Below the pieces are notes generated by a model. That model searched no databases. It was not told the DNA's origin and saw only the letters and a list, made by a program, of their open reading frames with translations. Below are positions 13,581-26,669 of a stretch of DNA of 64,000 nt, in pieces. The stretch's first letter is position 1; each line of letters begins with the position of its first letter. The stretch is from Felis catus. Lineage: Eukaryota. The position numbers and the translations under genes were made by a program. The DNA is taken from positions 167,154,001 through 167,218,000 of the forward strand of contig NC_058368.1 in NCBI RefSeq assembly GCF_018350175.1, written 5' to 3'.

Positions 13581-14674
13581 CATAAGAATGAATTATCTGA
13601 AAAAAAGAAATACAAGAGTTTTGTTTACAATAGCATCAAAAACAATGAAATACATAGAAATAAATTTAAGGAGGCGAAAGTTCTGTACACTGAAAACTTA
13701 ATAAGGCATTGATGAAATTGAAGAAGACAACATAATTGGAAATATATCCTATGTTCATAGAGTAGAAGAGTTAATATTGTTAAAATGTCCATACTAACCA
13801 TAATATGGATTCAGTGTTATCCCTATCAAAATTCTAATGGCATTTTTTTTTACAGAATTAGAAAAAAAAAAATCCTAAAATTCATATGGATCCACAACTG
13901 GCCCTGAATAACCAAAGCAATCCTGAGAAAGAACAAAGTGGGAAGCATCATGATTTCTTATTTAAAACTATGTTACAAAGTTATAGTAATTAAAACAATA
14001 TAGTACTAGAATAAAATTAGACACACCAACCAGTGGAACAGAAGTGAGAGCTCAGAAATAAACCCATGCATATAACAGGCAACTAATATTTGCAAAATTT
14101 ACAATTTTCAGTGGAAAAAAGATAATCTCTTCAGTAAATGGAGCTAGGAAAATTGTATATTCACATCCAAAATTAGACCCCTACTTTAAAACACTCATAA
14201 AATTTAACTTGAAATAGGTTAAAGATTTACTTACATGTAAGACCTGAAACTGTAAAACTCTTAGAAGAAAACATACAAAAAAATCTCCTTGATTTTGTTC
14301 TTGGCAGTGATTTTTTGGATACAACATCTAAGGCACAAACAACAAAAGGAAACATAAACAAGTAGAATTATACCAAAGTAAAAGACTTCTAGATAGGAGA
14401 AGAACTGATCAACAAAATGAAAAGGCAACCTACAGAATGGGAGAAAATATTGCAAACCAAATGTCTGATGAAGGGCTAATATCCAAAATATATAAGGAAC
14501 TCATACAACTCAATAGCAAAAAACGTTTTAATTTAAAAATGGGCAAAGGAACTGAATGGACATTTTTTCAAAGAAGCTATTCAAATGGCCAGTGTGTACA
14601 TGAAAAGATCCTCAGCATTACTAACATCAGGGAAATGCAGATCAAAACCACAATGAGGTATCATCTCACACCTG
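13581..14674 (+). mobile_element. L1 ORF2 3'-half fragment (younger, L1MA/MB-like), no 3' UTR
   Basis: 'ttaatattgttaaaatgtccatact', 'aaaatgaaaaggcaacctacagaatgggagaaaatattgcaaac'; decayed ORF2 peptide SDEGLISKIYKEL...IREMQIKTTMRYHLTP. Confidence 0.92.
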
Positions 14675-14681
14675 AAAAGTA

Positions 14682-15665
14682 CTAGTACCACATTGCCTGT
14701 CTTGATTACAGTATCTTTATACTAAGTCTTGAAGTTGGGCAGTATCAGTCCTCCAAATTTGCCCTTCCTCTTCTATATTGTATTGGCTATTCTGGATCTT
14801 TTGCCTCTTGTTATATATTTTAGAATCACTTTGTCAGTATTCAAAAAATAACTTTCTGGGATTTGATTTGGATTGCATTGTAACTACAGATTAAGCTGGG
14901 AAGAACTGACATTTTGTGGTCTCTTTTTTTTTTGTAAACTTTTTTTTTAATTTTAACTCCAGTGTAGTTAACATACAGTATTATATTTCATTTCAGGTGT
15001 ACAATATAGTGATGCAACAATTCCATATATTACTCAGTGCTAATCAAGGTAAGTACTCCTAATCCTCTTCACTTATTTCACCCAAGATCTGACCTCTTGA
15101 AAATATTGAGTCTTCCTTTCCCTGAGTGTGGAATATATCTACATTTGTTTATTCATTGACATCTTTTGCTGGGGATTTTTAGTTTCCCACATATAAATCT
15201 TATACATACTTTGTTAGATTTCTACCTAAATATTTCATTTTTAGGAGGTGCTATTATAAATTATATTGTGGTTTTATTTCAAATTCCACTTCTTTGTTGT
15301 GAATATATAGAAAAACAATTGGCTTTTTATATTAACATCATGTCCTGGAATCTTGGTATCACTTATTAGCTCCAGTGGTTTTTTTTTGTTTTTTTTTTTG
15401 TCATTTCTTACAGATTTTCTACATATACGATCTGTCATCTGTGAACAAAGACAGTTTTATTTCTCCCTTCCCAGTTTATTTCTTTTTCTTGTCTTATTCC
15501 ACCTACTAGGACTTCCAGTACAATATTGAAAATCAATGGTGAGAGGGTTCATCCTTGCCTTGTTCCTGATCTTAGAAGCTTCAAGCTTCTCACCAAGTAT
15601 ATTAGCCATGGGTCTTTTGTAGATATTCTTTACCAAATTGAGGAAGTTCTCCTCTATTACTACTT
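14682..15665 (-). mobile_element. L1MC-type ORF2 fragment (interrupted by a carnivore L1 3' end)
   Basis: 'gaagttgggcagtatcagtcctccaaattt', 'ctaggacttccagtacaatattgaa', 'ttgaggaagttctcctctatt' match antisense L1 ORF2. Confidence 0.88.
14917..15083 (-). mobile_element. Carnivore L1 3'-end stub
   Basis: Poly-T then 'ccagtgtagttaacatacagtattatatt..tttcaggtgtacaatatagtgat'; degenerate TSD aagaactgacattttg (14901-14916) / aagatctgacctcttg (15084-15099). Confidence 0.85.
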
Positions 15666-15669
15666 TTAT

Positions 15670-15780
15670 CATGATTATGATGGTTGCATGGGTATATATG
15701 TATGACAGTTTTTCACATGTACACTTTAAATACATATATGTTATTACATATCAATTATATTTTAATAAAGTTTTTTTAAT
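15670..15780 (+). mobile_element. Old L1 (L1ME-like) extreme 3' end
   Basis: 'gatggttgcatgggtatatatg...gtacactttaaa...tcaattatattttaataaag'. Confidence 0.65.
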
Positions 15781-16249
15781 AGTTCAAAATTTTAAAAATC
15801 TGGATCTTCCACTCTTTTTGGAAAAATGGCTAATCAACTCCATATTGACTTCACTTTCTCTTTCCTCATATTGGGAGAAGGGAAGCCCTACATCCGTAGA
15901 GGAACTTTTGGCAAGAAATGAAGTCTGTTCCAATCTGAGACAACAGGAACACTGGCTGGAAAAGCCCCATCCCCAGAGTACAGAATCTCCATTCTTTCTG
16001 TCTTCATTTTCCCATCTCTACAACAATGTAGTTGAGGAGAACAACCAAGAAAGACTACAGGAATCCATAAAACCTTTAGACTATTTGCTTTGACAGTTAT
16101 TTGCAGTGACCTCAACTACAGGGAATACACATATCTGGAGGTTCTCTGAAAGATGTGTGGTTGCACTTCTGAAGAGGTATATTCCATATAGTTTGTTTCA
16201 GGTTCCTCCACTGCTTATTTACTTATTTCTTTTCCAGTGCTCTTCCTTT

Positions 16250-18030
16250 ATTTTTATAGATCTAAGTTTCTGATCTATATCATTTTCCTTCTCTCTAAAG
16301 AACTGTTAACATTTCTTGTAAGTCAGGTCTGCTGCTAACAATTTCACTCAATTTTTATTTATCTGAGAAAGTCTTTAGTACTCCTCAACTTTTGAAGGAT
16401 AATTTCATAGGGTACACAATTCTAGGTTTGTCTGAGGAGTTTCTGTCAACATCTTAAATATATTTCACTCCACTCTCTACTTTCTTGTATGGTTTCTGAG
16501 GAAAAGTTGAGGTAGTTCTTATCTTTGCTCCTCTATAAGAAACGTGTTTTCCCCTTCTGGCTTCCTTCAGGATTTTTTTTTCTTTATGTTTGATTTTCTA
16601 TAACTTGAAAATAATATAACTATGTATATTATGAATAAATATACCAAGCATTTATTCTGCTTGGTGTTCCAGCAGTTTTCTGGATCTGTTTTGATATATG
16701 ATGTTATTTTGAAGAAATTTTCAGCCATTATTATTTCAAATGTTTCTTATGTTTTTTTGTTTTTTTGTTTTTTTCCTCCTAGCATTCCCATTATGTTAAA
16801 ACTTTTGTTGTTGTACCACAGTTCTTGAATATTTTGAGAGTTTTTGGTTTGTTTGTTTGTTTGTTTGTTTCAACCTTTGCTTTTTGTTTTGGAAGTTTCT
16901 ATTGAGAAATCCTCAAGTTCAGAGATTCTTTCCTCAACTGTATTCCATCTGATAATAAATCCATCAAAAGTGTTCTTCATTTATGTTTTTTGATCTCTTG
17001 AATCTTTTTGGTTCTTCTATAGAATTTCCATCTCTTTGTTTACATTACCCATCTGCTCTTGCATACCGGCTACTTCATCCGTTAGAAACCTTAGCGTATT
17101 AATTGTAATTGTTTTACATTCTAGATCTGATTATTCCAACATCCCTGCTATATCTAAATCTGCTTTGATGTTTCCTCTATCTTTTCAAACTGTAGAGTTT
17201 TTTTTCTTTAATATGTGTTATAATTTTTCCTGGATAACCAGATATGATCTTCTTTCTGGGTAAAAGAAACTGATTTTAGGCCGTTAGAAATGTGGCGGTA
17301 AGGTAGTGGGGGACAAGAAGCATTCTATAGCTCTGTGATTAGTTTTCAGTGTTTTAGTAAGCCTTTACCTTTGGAGTGTCAAAGTCACACCTCCAGTTTT
17401 TCCATTCCTTAGGTGAGACAGAATAGCTAGTGTGGGGTGGAGTTGCATATTTCTCTTCCTCCATGTGGAAGGCTAGAGTCAACTGGAATTGAGTGTTTTC
17501 CTTCCCCTTGGCCAGTTAGGCTCTGATAAAACCCCCAGCAGGTCAGAATATGGTCAAATATTTTCTCCTAAGCACAGACCTTATTAAGAACAAAATGCTT
17601 TGCCATATGTCACAGTGGTTCCCTTTCTCCTTCCTCTAACAGAAGTAGGAGGGGATCTTTCTTCAATATTCACTGTGAGAACATAATAGAATTTCCAAGT
17701 GGAGGTACTCTGATGACTGGGGTACCCCTGGAGTTTTTATCTCTCAGACTTGCTTACCTTGCACCGCCCCCAGCAATTCATCGGTTACATTTCAGGTTTT
17801 ACTGTCTAGGCACTGGTTTCTGCAGAAGTTTCTGTTCTGGTGGGTTGTGATTCTCTGTGTTTATCTGTCTGTCTTTCCAGTTTGGGGCAGGAGGTTTGCC
17901 CTGTGACATCACTTCTCTTATGGATCTAAGAAAGTTGTTGATTTTTCAGTTTGTTCATCTTTTTATTTGTTGTTAAAATAGAGTGGCACCTTCCAAGTTC
18001 CTTACATGCTGGATGTGAAACTAGAAGTCC
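16250..18030 (-). mobile_element. L1 5' end/ORF1 (L1MCa-like)
   Basis: 'ttgaaggataatttcatagggtacacaattctagg' (antisense ORF1) and 5'-UTR motif 'cagttaggctctgataaaacccccagcagg'; ends 'ccttacatgctggatgtgaaactagaagtc'. Confidence 0.85.
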
Positions 18031-18117
18031 AGAGAAGATCTTAAAAAAAAAAAAGAATTCTTAATTCCAGCACCTGGAGACATTATCTTGGTATATATTA
18101 TTTGAAGCCTTTTTCTG

Positions 18118-18225
18118 TATGTGTGTATATGTATTTATGTATGCATACATGCATATGTATGTATGTATATATGCACAAACACATACACTAGTAATTATAT
18201 ATGTGTGTATAATTAGTACACATAT
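18118..18225. repeat. (TATG/CATA)n low-complexity tract
   Basis: Directly visible. Confidence 0.85.
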
Positions 18226-18289
18226 ACTAGTTCTTCCAGTAAAAATAATCACTCTCCTTCAAAAAAAAAAAGCATTAAAAGCATCAGAC

Positions 18290-19280
18290 AATGAGACATG
18301 GACCAAGAAAAGGTATATAACCAACAAATGATTAGTATCCTTAATTTTTTTTACTAATTTACTAATTTACCAATTAGTAAGGAAAAGATAAATACCACAA
18401 AAAAATGAGCAAAATTTATGAGCTAAACAATGCACAGAAGAGGAAATCTAAATAATCAATCAATAAAAAAAAGACCCCTCCTTATATAAAATGGAATGTA
18501 CCACTCAAATACCAATGAAATAACATTTCACCTACTCAGATTAGGGGGGAAAGTCTGACAATATCAAGAGTTGGCAAGAATATAGAAATTCACTGCTTAT
18601 TCACTGATGGTGAGTGTATGTGTGTGTGTGTGTGTGTGTATATATGTATATATAGATATAGATATAGATATAGATATAGATATATAGGTACAATTGATTG
18701 GAAAAACAATTTGACAACTGATAATAAAGTTGAAGATAGAATATCTTATGACCCAGCAATTTTACTTCTAGTTATACATCCTAAAGAAACTTTCATGCAT
18801 TATATAAAGGTACTAATACAAGACTGCTTATGCAGCATTGTTTGTAATACTGAAAAAAAATTGGAATTATGTCCATATATGGAAGAAGAGAATGATGAAT
18901 GATGGTGCCATTCATAGAAAATGAGTAAAGTGCAGTTCCATATACCAACGTGGATGAATCTCAAACATTTATTATATCAAGTAATAAAAGCAATGAGCAG
19001 AAGTATGCATCCAGTTTAGTACAATATACATAAAACTTAAACCATATTTATGATGTAAAGTTATATGATATGCAATGGAATTTAAATATAAAATTCAAAA
19101 GAGTGGTTTCCTCAGAGGATGACAGAGGTAAAGGCAGGTGGAATCAGAGAGCTTTAGTTTTTAGCTTTAATTATATAGATAACGTATTATTTCTTAGCTT
19201 GTGTGGTAGGTGCATCAGGCATACATACTGATTTTCATTTCTGAATGTTTTAAGTATTTCTAATTAAATTTTTAAATAAA
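18290..19280 (+). mobile_element. Old L1 (L1ME-like) 3' region
   Basis: 'ctgacaatatcaagagttggcaagaatatag', 'tatgacccagcaattttacttctag', 'tggatgaatctcaaac'; contains a (TG)n(TATAGA)n microsatellite at 18614-18686. Confidence 0.85.
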
Positions 19281-21726
19281 GGAAAATATGTGAAAGTAGG
19301 TTTTTGTGGTTTTGATATAAATCTCAGACCAAGAGACTGAAAACATTTATCTCATGTTATTTTTTATTATATGAAAATAATATTGAGAAGAGAATGATTA
19401 AGAACTAAAATTCACTAGCATTTGCCTGCAATGCAGTCTTTTGGCAAACTGGAAATTTGATTGCATTGTTGTAAACGTTTTTTATTGTGTTCTTCTAAAC
19501 ACAGTATCATGTTATGATCTTTATTCAACATGATCACTGATTTGTTCAGTTCTGCCAGGGTTAAAAAATTCTTGTTAGCACTCTTTGAAAGAACAAAGCT
19601 GTTTAAGGAAATGTTGCTAAGATTTTGGTGTTCCTAGTCCTAGGAATAAAAAATAGAATATAAGGTAACCTAGGTATAATGGGCAGAAGGTTTAAAACTA
19701 AACTATTTAGTTTTCAATATAATTATTAATATATTATTAATCAAAGAGATTCTTATCACTCCCATGTCTTAGATGAGCAAAGTGGGCTAATTGCTGTTAA
19801 GGGCCCCACCCACCATCCTTGCTTGCCAACTTCTTGAATTTCTTTAGAAGCATACAGGAATGTTGGCACACTTAATTTCTCCACTGAAAAATGTGAAACT
19901 GATTGTTATTTTTATTTACCCTTTGATTACATTCATTGTGCTTGACATAGTCAAGAACATTAAAAAAAAAAAATCCCAGAAAACAAAATCTTGTGCAAAT
20001 GCACACAAAAAATATATATAATGGAAACACAAGTGAATATTTCCAATGAAAACATAAAAAAAAAAGAACAGTTCAGAAAGTTTTAATGACCTTTTACTAG
20101 AAAAGACGGGGAATTCACAAACCATATTTATTTCATAAATCCTCAGCTACTGGATTTTCTGAACATCTTAATGATTTGTTAAAAAAATAAATTATGCTGG
20201 TTTGATGCATGAGCCATTGGGGTCATAGAGATTTCCAAAGAAAATTATTTAGCAATTTTTCCATTTAGACTTAAAAGTAAACAATTGATCATTGCTTTTA
20301 TAAATCATGTCCATAGCTTTTGTGAATCTCTACTGATCAGTCTTTTTTCTGTCAAAAATATTGCGTAAAACCTAGGTTGAAATATCTTGTATAGTTACAC
20401 TCGGGGTCAGCTGAATGGCAAAACAATGGCAGGGAATCTTTCAGTTCAATCTGTTTATGAAAATTGTGCATTGTGCCTGGAAGAGTTACATGGTGTGCCA
20501 AATCAGGCTTAAAGTACCATTAGAATTTCTCTGCCAGCAGTATGCATAAAGATTTTTTTCCAGTTGCCCAGCCTCTTCTTTGAGGATAAAAAGAGACACA
20601 TTTATATAACCCCTATTTTTTCTATCCACTCCTGGAACAGATATGTTTAAATCAACTGAAAAACATGGTCTGCTTCACTTGTCTTCTGCTCTACACACAC
20701 AAGGTTTTCTTTAGGCAAGTTTTTAGTGAATCATGTCTTAGCAAAACTGAGTCTTTAGGACTAAAATAATAATAATTTTAAAAAGAAAGCTAAAGACACG
20801 AGCCTTTTTCAGTTCCATGTCATCAGATTTGCTGACGTCTGCCTGAACTTTCAATTGAAAAATGGGGTAACAGCCTTACAATGTTGTCAAAGATTTCTAT
20901 ATCATTCATAAAGTTATGTGGGAATTTTTTTTAATTGGCAGCTCAACAAAACATCACTCTTAAATTTAGCTTATACTTCGTTCTTCTTACTCCAATTTAA
21001 TTATTGGGCAAGTTTTATCAAATGAGTAGTATGTTCAATATTTCAGGCAAATGCAACCATTTTGAATCAAGTAGCTCCTTGCTGGTTGTTGACATTAAGC
21101 ACATGTGACAACTCATTAGAAAAAGAAACATACCCAGAAAAACTTTGCAAAGTTAGTGACTTAAGGCACTGACCCACTTCAGATTTTAAACTAAGTAATT
21201 TCAGTTTTCCCTGCAGTATTAATATCATAGATTATTATAGCTATTTCAATTTTTACCCTTCTCAAAAGTGTGCATCACCAAGTATTTTTTCCCAAACTTA
21301 CACTTTTTGTCTGAAAATATCTGGGATAATTGTCCAAGTCATTCAAGACAAAAATTGCTTTTACATAAAATACAAATATCAAAATAATGGACTCTAGATT
21401 TGTAATTATGAATCACCTGCATATTAGAAGGCATATAGCCCCTTATCAGCCATGTCTGTCTTCACTTCTCATTGAAATAATCATTTAATAACTAGAGGGG
21501 CTTTGTTATAAATCAACTGATCCACCTCCCAAATTTCAAGCTAGAGTATGCACAAAAAAGTTATTTAATGTTGAGTTCAAAGAGACTAGTTGATTTGTTA
21601 AGTCCATAAGCAGATTTTAGCATTAATTTTCTTGGTAGTCTGTACATGTAGACCTTGACCTCATATGTTAACACTCTCAGTTCAACATTGAATTGTTTTC
21701 CTTCACTCCAAAGAGAGCAATAATGA

Positions 21727-21897
21727 TAGGTAGGTAGGTATGTAGGTAGGTAGGTAGGTAGGTAGGTAGGTAGATAATGTGGGAACAAAAGGAAAAGGAA
21801 GAGAAGGGAAGAGAAAAGAGAAGAGAAGAGACAAGACTAATGCACTGAAAATGAATGAATGAATGAATGAATGAATGAATGAATGAAAGAAAAATAA

Positions 21898-21937
<40 letters not shown>

Positions 21938-21949
21938 AAAAGAAAGAAA
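21727..21949. repeat. Compound microsatellite (TAGG)n - (GAAGA)n - (GAAT)n - (GAAA)n
   Basis: Directly visible. Confidence 0.97.
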
Positions 21950-22423
21950 ATTTATGCACCAGAAATAGGTTTAAAAGTAGAGGATGAATCTGCCTGTGTA
22001 GATTCAAGGAGAAAAATAAGGAAGGGTCATTAAATTAGGCTGCTGGCCAATGAAAGGATGCTGTCAAAACTCCTCATTGCCTGAGGCTACCCTTAAATAA
22101 AACTGTGACCCTTCAGGAAATGGAATACCAAAAGACTGCTCTTAGGCAGGACCTGGGCTGTGCTAGTCACCAGCTAGCTCAGTGTTAAGGATCTCAGGGA
22201 GGCAAAACCACCCCCAAATTAGAGGGCAAGAAGTAATGAGTTTGGGAGGCTGGAGAAGGCATGAGAGGACAGTTTACTCATGATAAATTTAGCAGTGATT
22301 ATCCCAAAGCCATAGGAATTATCACTAGCAATAAGTGGGAATTTTTTTTAATTTCAAAATAACTGTAATAAAAAGACTTTGAGTTTCTTATAAGAATAGT
22401 TTTATCTTTAAAGTGAAGAAGTC

Positions 22424-22584
22424 AGAGCACCTGGGTGGTTCAGTCAGTTGAGAGTCTGACTTGGGCTCAGGTCATGATCTGGTGGTTGGTGAGTTTGAGC
22501 CTGCCATGAGGCTCACTGCTGTCATCGCAGAGCCTGCTTCGGATCTTCTGTCCCTGTCTCTCTCTGTCCCTTCCCCACTTGCAA

Positions 22585-22665
<81 letters not shown>

Positions 22666-22688
22666 TAAATAAACCTTAAAAAAATAAT
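22424..22688 (+). mobile_element. Can-SINE with expanded (CT)n(CA)n
   Basis: 'gcacctgggtggttcagtcagttgag...gctcaggtcatgatct'; TSD aagtgaagaagt (22411-22422) / aagtgaaaaagt (22689-22700). Confidence 0.95.
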
Positions 22689-22879
22689 AAGTGAAAAAGT
22701 AAGAATGAAACCCAAATGGGCATAATCAAATCGAGAACAGATAAATAAAAAATACAACCAGTGAAAAATTTAATACAAAAGTATTTATTGAATTTTTTAA
22801 AAGCCTCCTTATTAACATAGATTCAGTTAATTAAAAGCTTGAAATAACCAACCACTCAGAATGCAGCACTGAAATATAG

Positions 22880-23090
22880 ATCGATGTGGTCAACCAAACA
22901 GAAATGGAAGATACATTATATTTAAAGAGATAATAACTGAGGTTTTCCAAGATTTAAAATGCAAAACATGTAAATAAAAATAGCCCAACCTAGGCACAGC
23001 ATAGTGAAATTGCAGAACACAACATCTTAAGAGAAAATATTTACAGCTAGTGAGAAGAGAGATAACTTTTTTTAAAGAATGAAATTTGAC
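22880..23090 (+). mobile_element. Old L1 ORF1 fragment
   Basis: 'aagagataataactgaggttttcca', 'cctaggcacagcatagtgaaattgcagaac...gagaaaatatttacagc'. Confidence 0.6.
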
Positions 23091-23824
23091 ATAGGCCCAA
23101 CTTGACCTAGTTAAATAACCATACCAGTTTTTCAGTCATTTTTGTGTGCATCCTACAGACAGTTGTATATGTTAATGGAGCCAGTTTTGTTTTGATTTTA
23201 TAGCCAATAAACAAAGATAAATATAGCACTGGTGTTTTTTACAAACATAAACAACTAACATTTTACGGCCGATAAAGTTAAATCCAGAATGTTAAATCAT
23301 CTCCCTCAAAGTTACTTATGTTTTCAGTCTGTTACTAAACTATGGTCATTAGAAGTCCAAAACATAACCACTTGGAAGGCACAGCAGTCTGAAGATGTGT
23401 TTCTGTAATGTAAAATTCATTACCTTCTTGTCATCTGTGAGCCAATGATTTACTAATGTAAGCCCAATCATCAACTATATTACAACTACAGTCTAATAGC
23501 AGTATAGTTATAGATGAGAAGGTATTTCCAACCAAAGCCTGAATATTCAGATATGTACAAATTTGGGGGATGGAGAGAGTCACTCCTGTGGTTTCAAATG
23601 CTTTCTGTTCTTAAGTTTGATTTTTTTTTAATTGCAGTAGATTTTCTTCTTCCAGTTTTAGAACTTTTAGCCATGAATGATCATATCCTTAAGATGGTAA
23701 TAAGCGCTTCACAATTTCTTTCCCTAAGATAGGAGAACCATAGATTTCTCCTCTTGACAAAACTACATACCCACTAATCAACTGTTTGTTAATACAATCA
23801 ATTAGAAAAGTCACTTGATTGGAA

Positions 23825-24012
23825 GTGAGGTGGGGAATTATTGTTTGATGGGTACAGAGTTCCAGCTAGGGAATATGAAAAAGTTTTGGAGAGGTACAGT
23901 GGTGATGGTGACACAGCAGTGTGAATGCATCTAATGCCACTGAACCGTACACTGAAAAATTGTTAAAATGGTAAATTTTATTCTATGTGTATTTTACCAC
24001 AATAAAAAAAAT
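23825..24012 (+). mobile_element. L1MB-type 3' end
   Basis: 'gggtacagagttccag...aaaagttttggaga...aatgccactgaaccgtacactgaaaattgttaaaatggtaaattttat...ccacaataaaaaaa'. Confidence 0.9.
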
Positions 24013-24399
24013 CAACTTTAGGGAAAAGATAATTCTTTCAGTGTTTTAAAAGCATAAGGAAATTGTTGGTGCCTGTGGCATTCAAAAAAATGACTGTTGA
24101 TCATCATGGATAAAAATTAGGATGAGCATTGACTTACCAACTTCCTAGGTTGTGACTGTTCTAATTGATATTTTCAACCATGCCACTCTTGCACAGTCTG
24201 TGTGGCACTTCTCCAACAGGAAATTTATCTCAGATCAGGACATGTCACTAGCCTTCCTTCAGCTCTAGCTTATGTGCTCCAAGTTAAACTGAAAACTTCC
24301 CTGTCATTTCTTTTAACCTTTGAGTTTGAGGCAATTCTAAGAACTTCTCTCACAGCAATTGCTTGTTCCTCCTGGGTACCATGCTACAAACTAGGCTTA

Positions 24400-24890
24400 A
24401 TCATAGAATTCTAGGGTTGAGGAACCTTGAAAAGCACTGTGACCTTTCCAACGTTAGCTACAGCCCCTCAAAAACCATCCTAACAAACAATATAGATCGT
24501 GTTGTCTTTTAAAGCTCTCTCTCTCTCTCGTAATTCCATCCTTCAGGAATTGTTCTTCTCCTAGAAACATCAACTTCAAATCTAAATCTATCAGATTCTA
24601 TATTAAGGCACATTTCCCTTTGCTCTTGCTAAAATTTAATGGGGGCAAAATTGATCACCTTCTGTATTAATTTTTTACATCCAGTTTTTGAAGGCCATTA
24701 CTAAATTGATATCAGATCCTGGCTGTCTCTTGTAAAGCTAAAGAACCCTCATTTTCTGAACTTCAACACATACGTTTGGGTTTCTATTCTTATAAAGTCC
24801 ACGACCATTTTCTCTTTCTCTTCCAAACTCCACCTATTTCTTTTAAATTATAGAGGGCAGAACACTCAAAGTAGTTCTTTTATTAACTTC
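24400..24890 (-). mobile_element. L3/CR1 LINE 3' relic
   Basis: Starts 'tcatagaattctagggttgaggaaccttga'; contains 'ttgaaggccatta...ctcttgtaaagctaaagaaccctcattttctgaac' and 'tcttttaaattatagagggcagaac', collinear with antisense CR1 ORF2 end as recalled. Confidence 0.55.
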
Positions 24891-26169
24891 TGCGTTTTCT
24901 TACATTCTAGGACCATTGCTAATATTTTTTTATGAGAGATATTCTACTACAAACTTGTATAGCTTAAGATTCCTTCTGTTTCCAAGGTGGCTACAACTAC
25001 ATTTACCGTAAATATTTACATTTGCCAGTCATTCTTCTTATTTATATCGATTATATTCAGCCAGATTTTAACATCAGCAATCATTTTTTTGTCAACTGAT
25101 ACCAAGTAGCTTTTAACTACTTGGTTAAAAGCTGTTACACTGATCTAACAGAGAAGGTGTTATCAGGAACGTTTATTGATCCCACATACATGTCAGGATA
25201 GCTTTACAAAATAAAAGGAAAAAAGCTTATTTATTTTGATATCTTGCTTAATTGTAACCTTTCGATATAACATACTGCCAGTAATAATCCAAATGATGGA
25301 TACTCTCAACAGGTGTTTCTTTGTGGATCAACTTGCTACTCTTTTTTTTTTTTAAACCAGGTTACTAAGGAGAGGCGTTTTGAGTATGTATCATGTCAAC
25401 AGTATGTTTCATACAGTAGTACAACATCAATTTTATTAAGTCACTTTACTTCCCTTAAGAGGAAAAGCTGTGCAGGACTCAAAACTCTCCATTATGCAGG
25501 TAGAGTGAAATGCACCCTATAGTTCTGTCAAATTATAGAGAGCCAGCCGTGTGCATCCAGGGGTAGGAATGGTTTGCTGAGGCATACAGGCCCAGCAAAG
25601 GAGGGCAAAAACATGGTGATCATTGTAATAGTGAAAACTTTAATAGTAAAAATGCTTCAAAAAATGAGTGTTTTACAGCAGGTAGACTCTCTACAACCTG
25701 CAGCTTGTACATAATCCCTGACCTGGTCTGGGCTCCAAACATCCCCGGTTAGGAGCAGCAGACGCTCGGTGCCAAACGAGACCAACAAGATTCCTAAGCA
25801 ATGACGAATATGAGGAAAGGAGGGAGCAGGGCACCCATGCCATGGCAGACCTGCTCTGCCCAGTCCCCTAAGGTGATGAAATGTGTGACTGTCACAAGAC
25901 TCAGTAATACTGTTATAATTGGGATGTACAGGGAATAGATGCCAGCTGCAGAAACAGTATGTGCTTTGACAAGGAGTGTGTTGCAAGCCGCTGCCAGCTT
26001 GTGCCTGCTGCCAGTTCCACTCAGCTACAAATAGAAATGATGATGCACAGTGGGCCACAGTGCTCATAGTAGCCTTTCACCAACCACTGCTTCAGGACCA
26101 AACAGGATCTAGAATTCCAGAGCGCTCATGGCAGCTTTCAAATTAGTTACACATCACAGAGTGGAACTT

Positions 26170-26345
26170 CCTGAAAGATGTCCACAGTTCACCTGCATGG
26201 GCATTAACAGAAAAGCTTGTTAAAAATGCAGCCTCATCACCCACCCCGGACCTATTGAATTAGAATCTCATAGGATGAGGCCCAGGAAACTGCACTCTTT
26301 AAAGTTCCTTGGTGTGTCTTATGAATACTTCGGTTTGAGAGCCAA
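26170..26345. mobile_element. MER5-type hAT-Charlie DNA transposon fossil
   Basis: 'gcttgttaaaaatgcag...ccccggacctattgaattagaatctc...ggcccaggaaactgcac...gtttgagagcca'. Confidence 0.8.
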
Positions 26346-26669
26346 GGTCAAGTGAGCCCAATAACAAATACCAAAAAGCACATATTACAAAAGTAGGAGA
26401 AAATAATACTGTCTTGGACTCTTTTTTATGCTTTGCAGTTTACCAAATGCCTTTATGTGTAACCGCATTTCTCCACAAGTATTTTTTACAGAAAAGACAA
26501 TCCTTAGGAGATCTCAGTTGACCAAGATTAGAAATAGAAGTTTGAAATGTTTTCAAAGGATCAGGAATAGAGGAAAGGTATTTTCATAATGTCTACAGTT
26601 TTTTCCACTCTACTGTTATGACTCTTAGTAATAACAATTATGAAGATGTGAATAACAATAAAACGAGAA

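Noticed and set aside
14437..14685. ORFs with genuine protein similarity (also 52324-52651)
   Set aside because: Frameshifted remnants of L1 ORF2, not host genes.
15638..16093. 151-aa ORF
   Set aside because: Non-ATG start, begins in L1 debris, no recognisable homology and no convincing splice sites.
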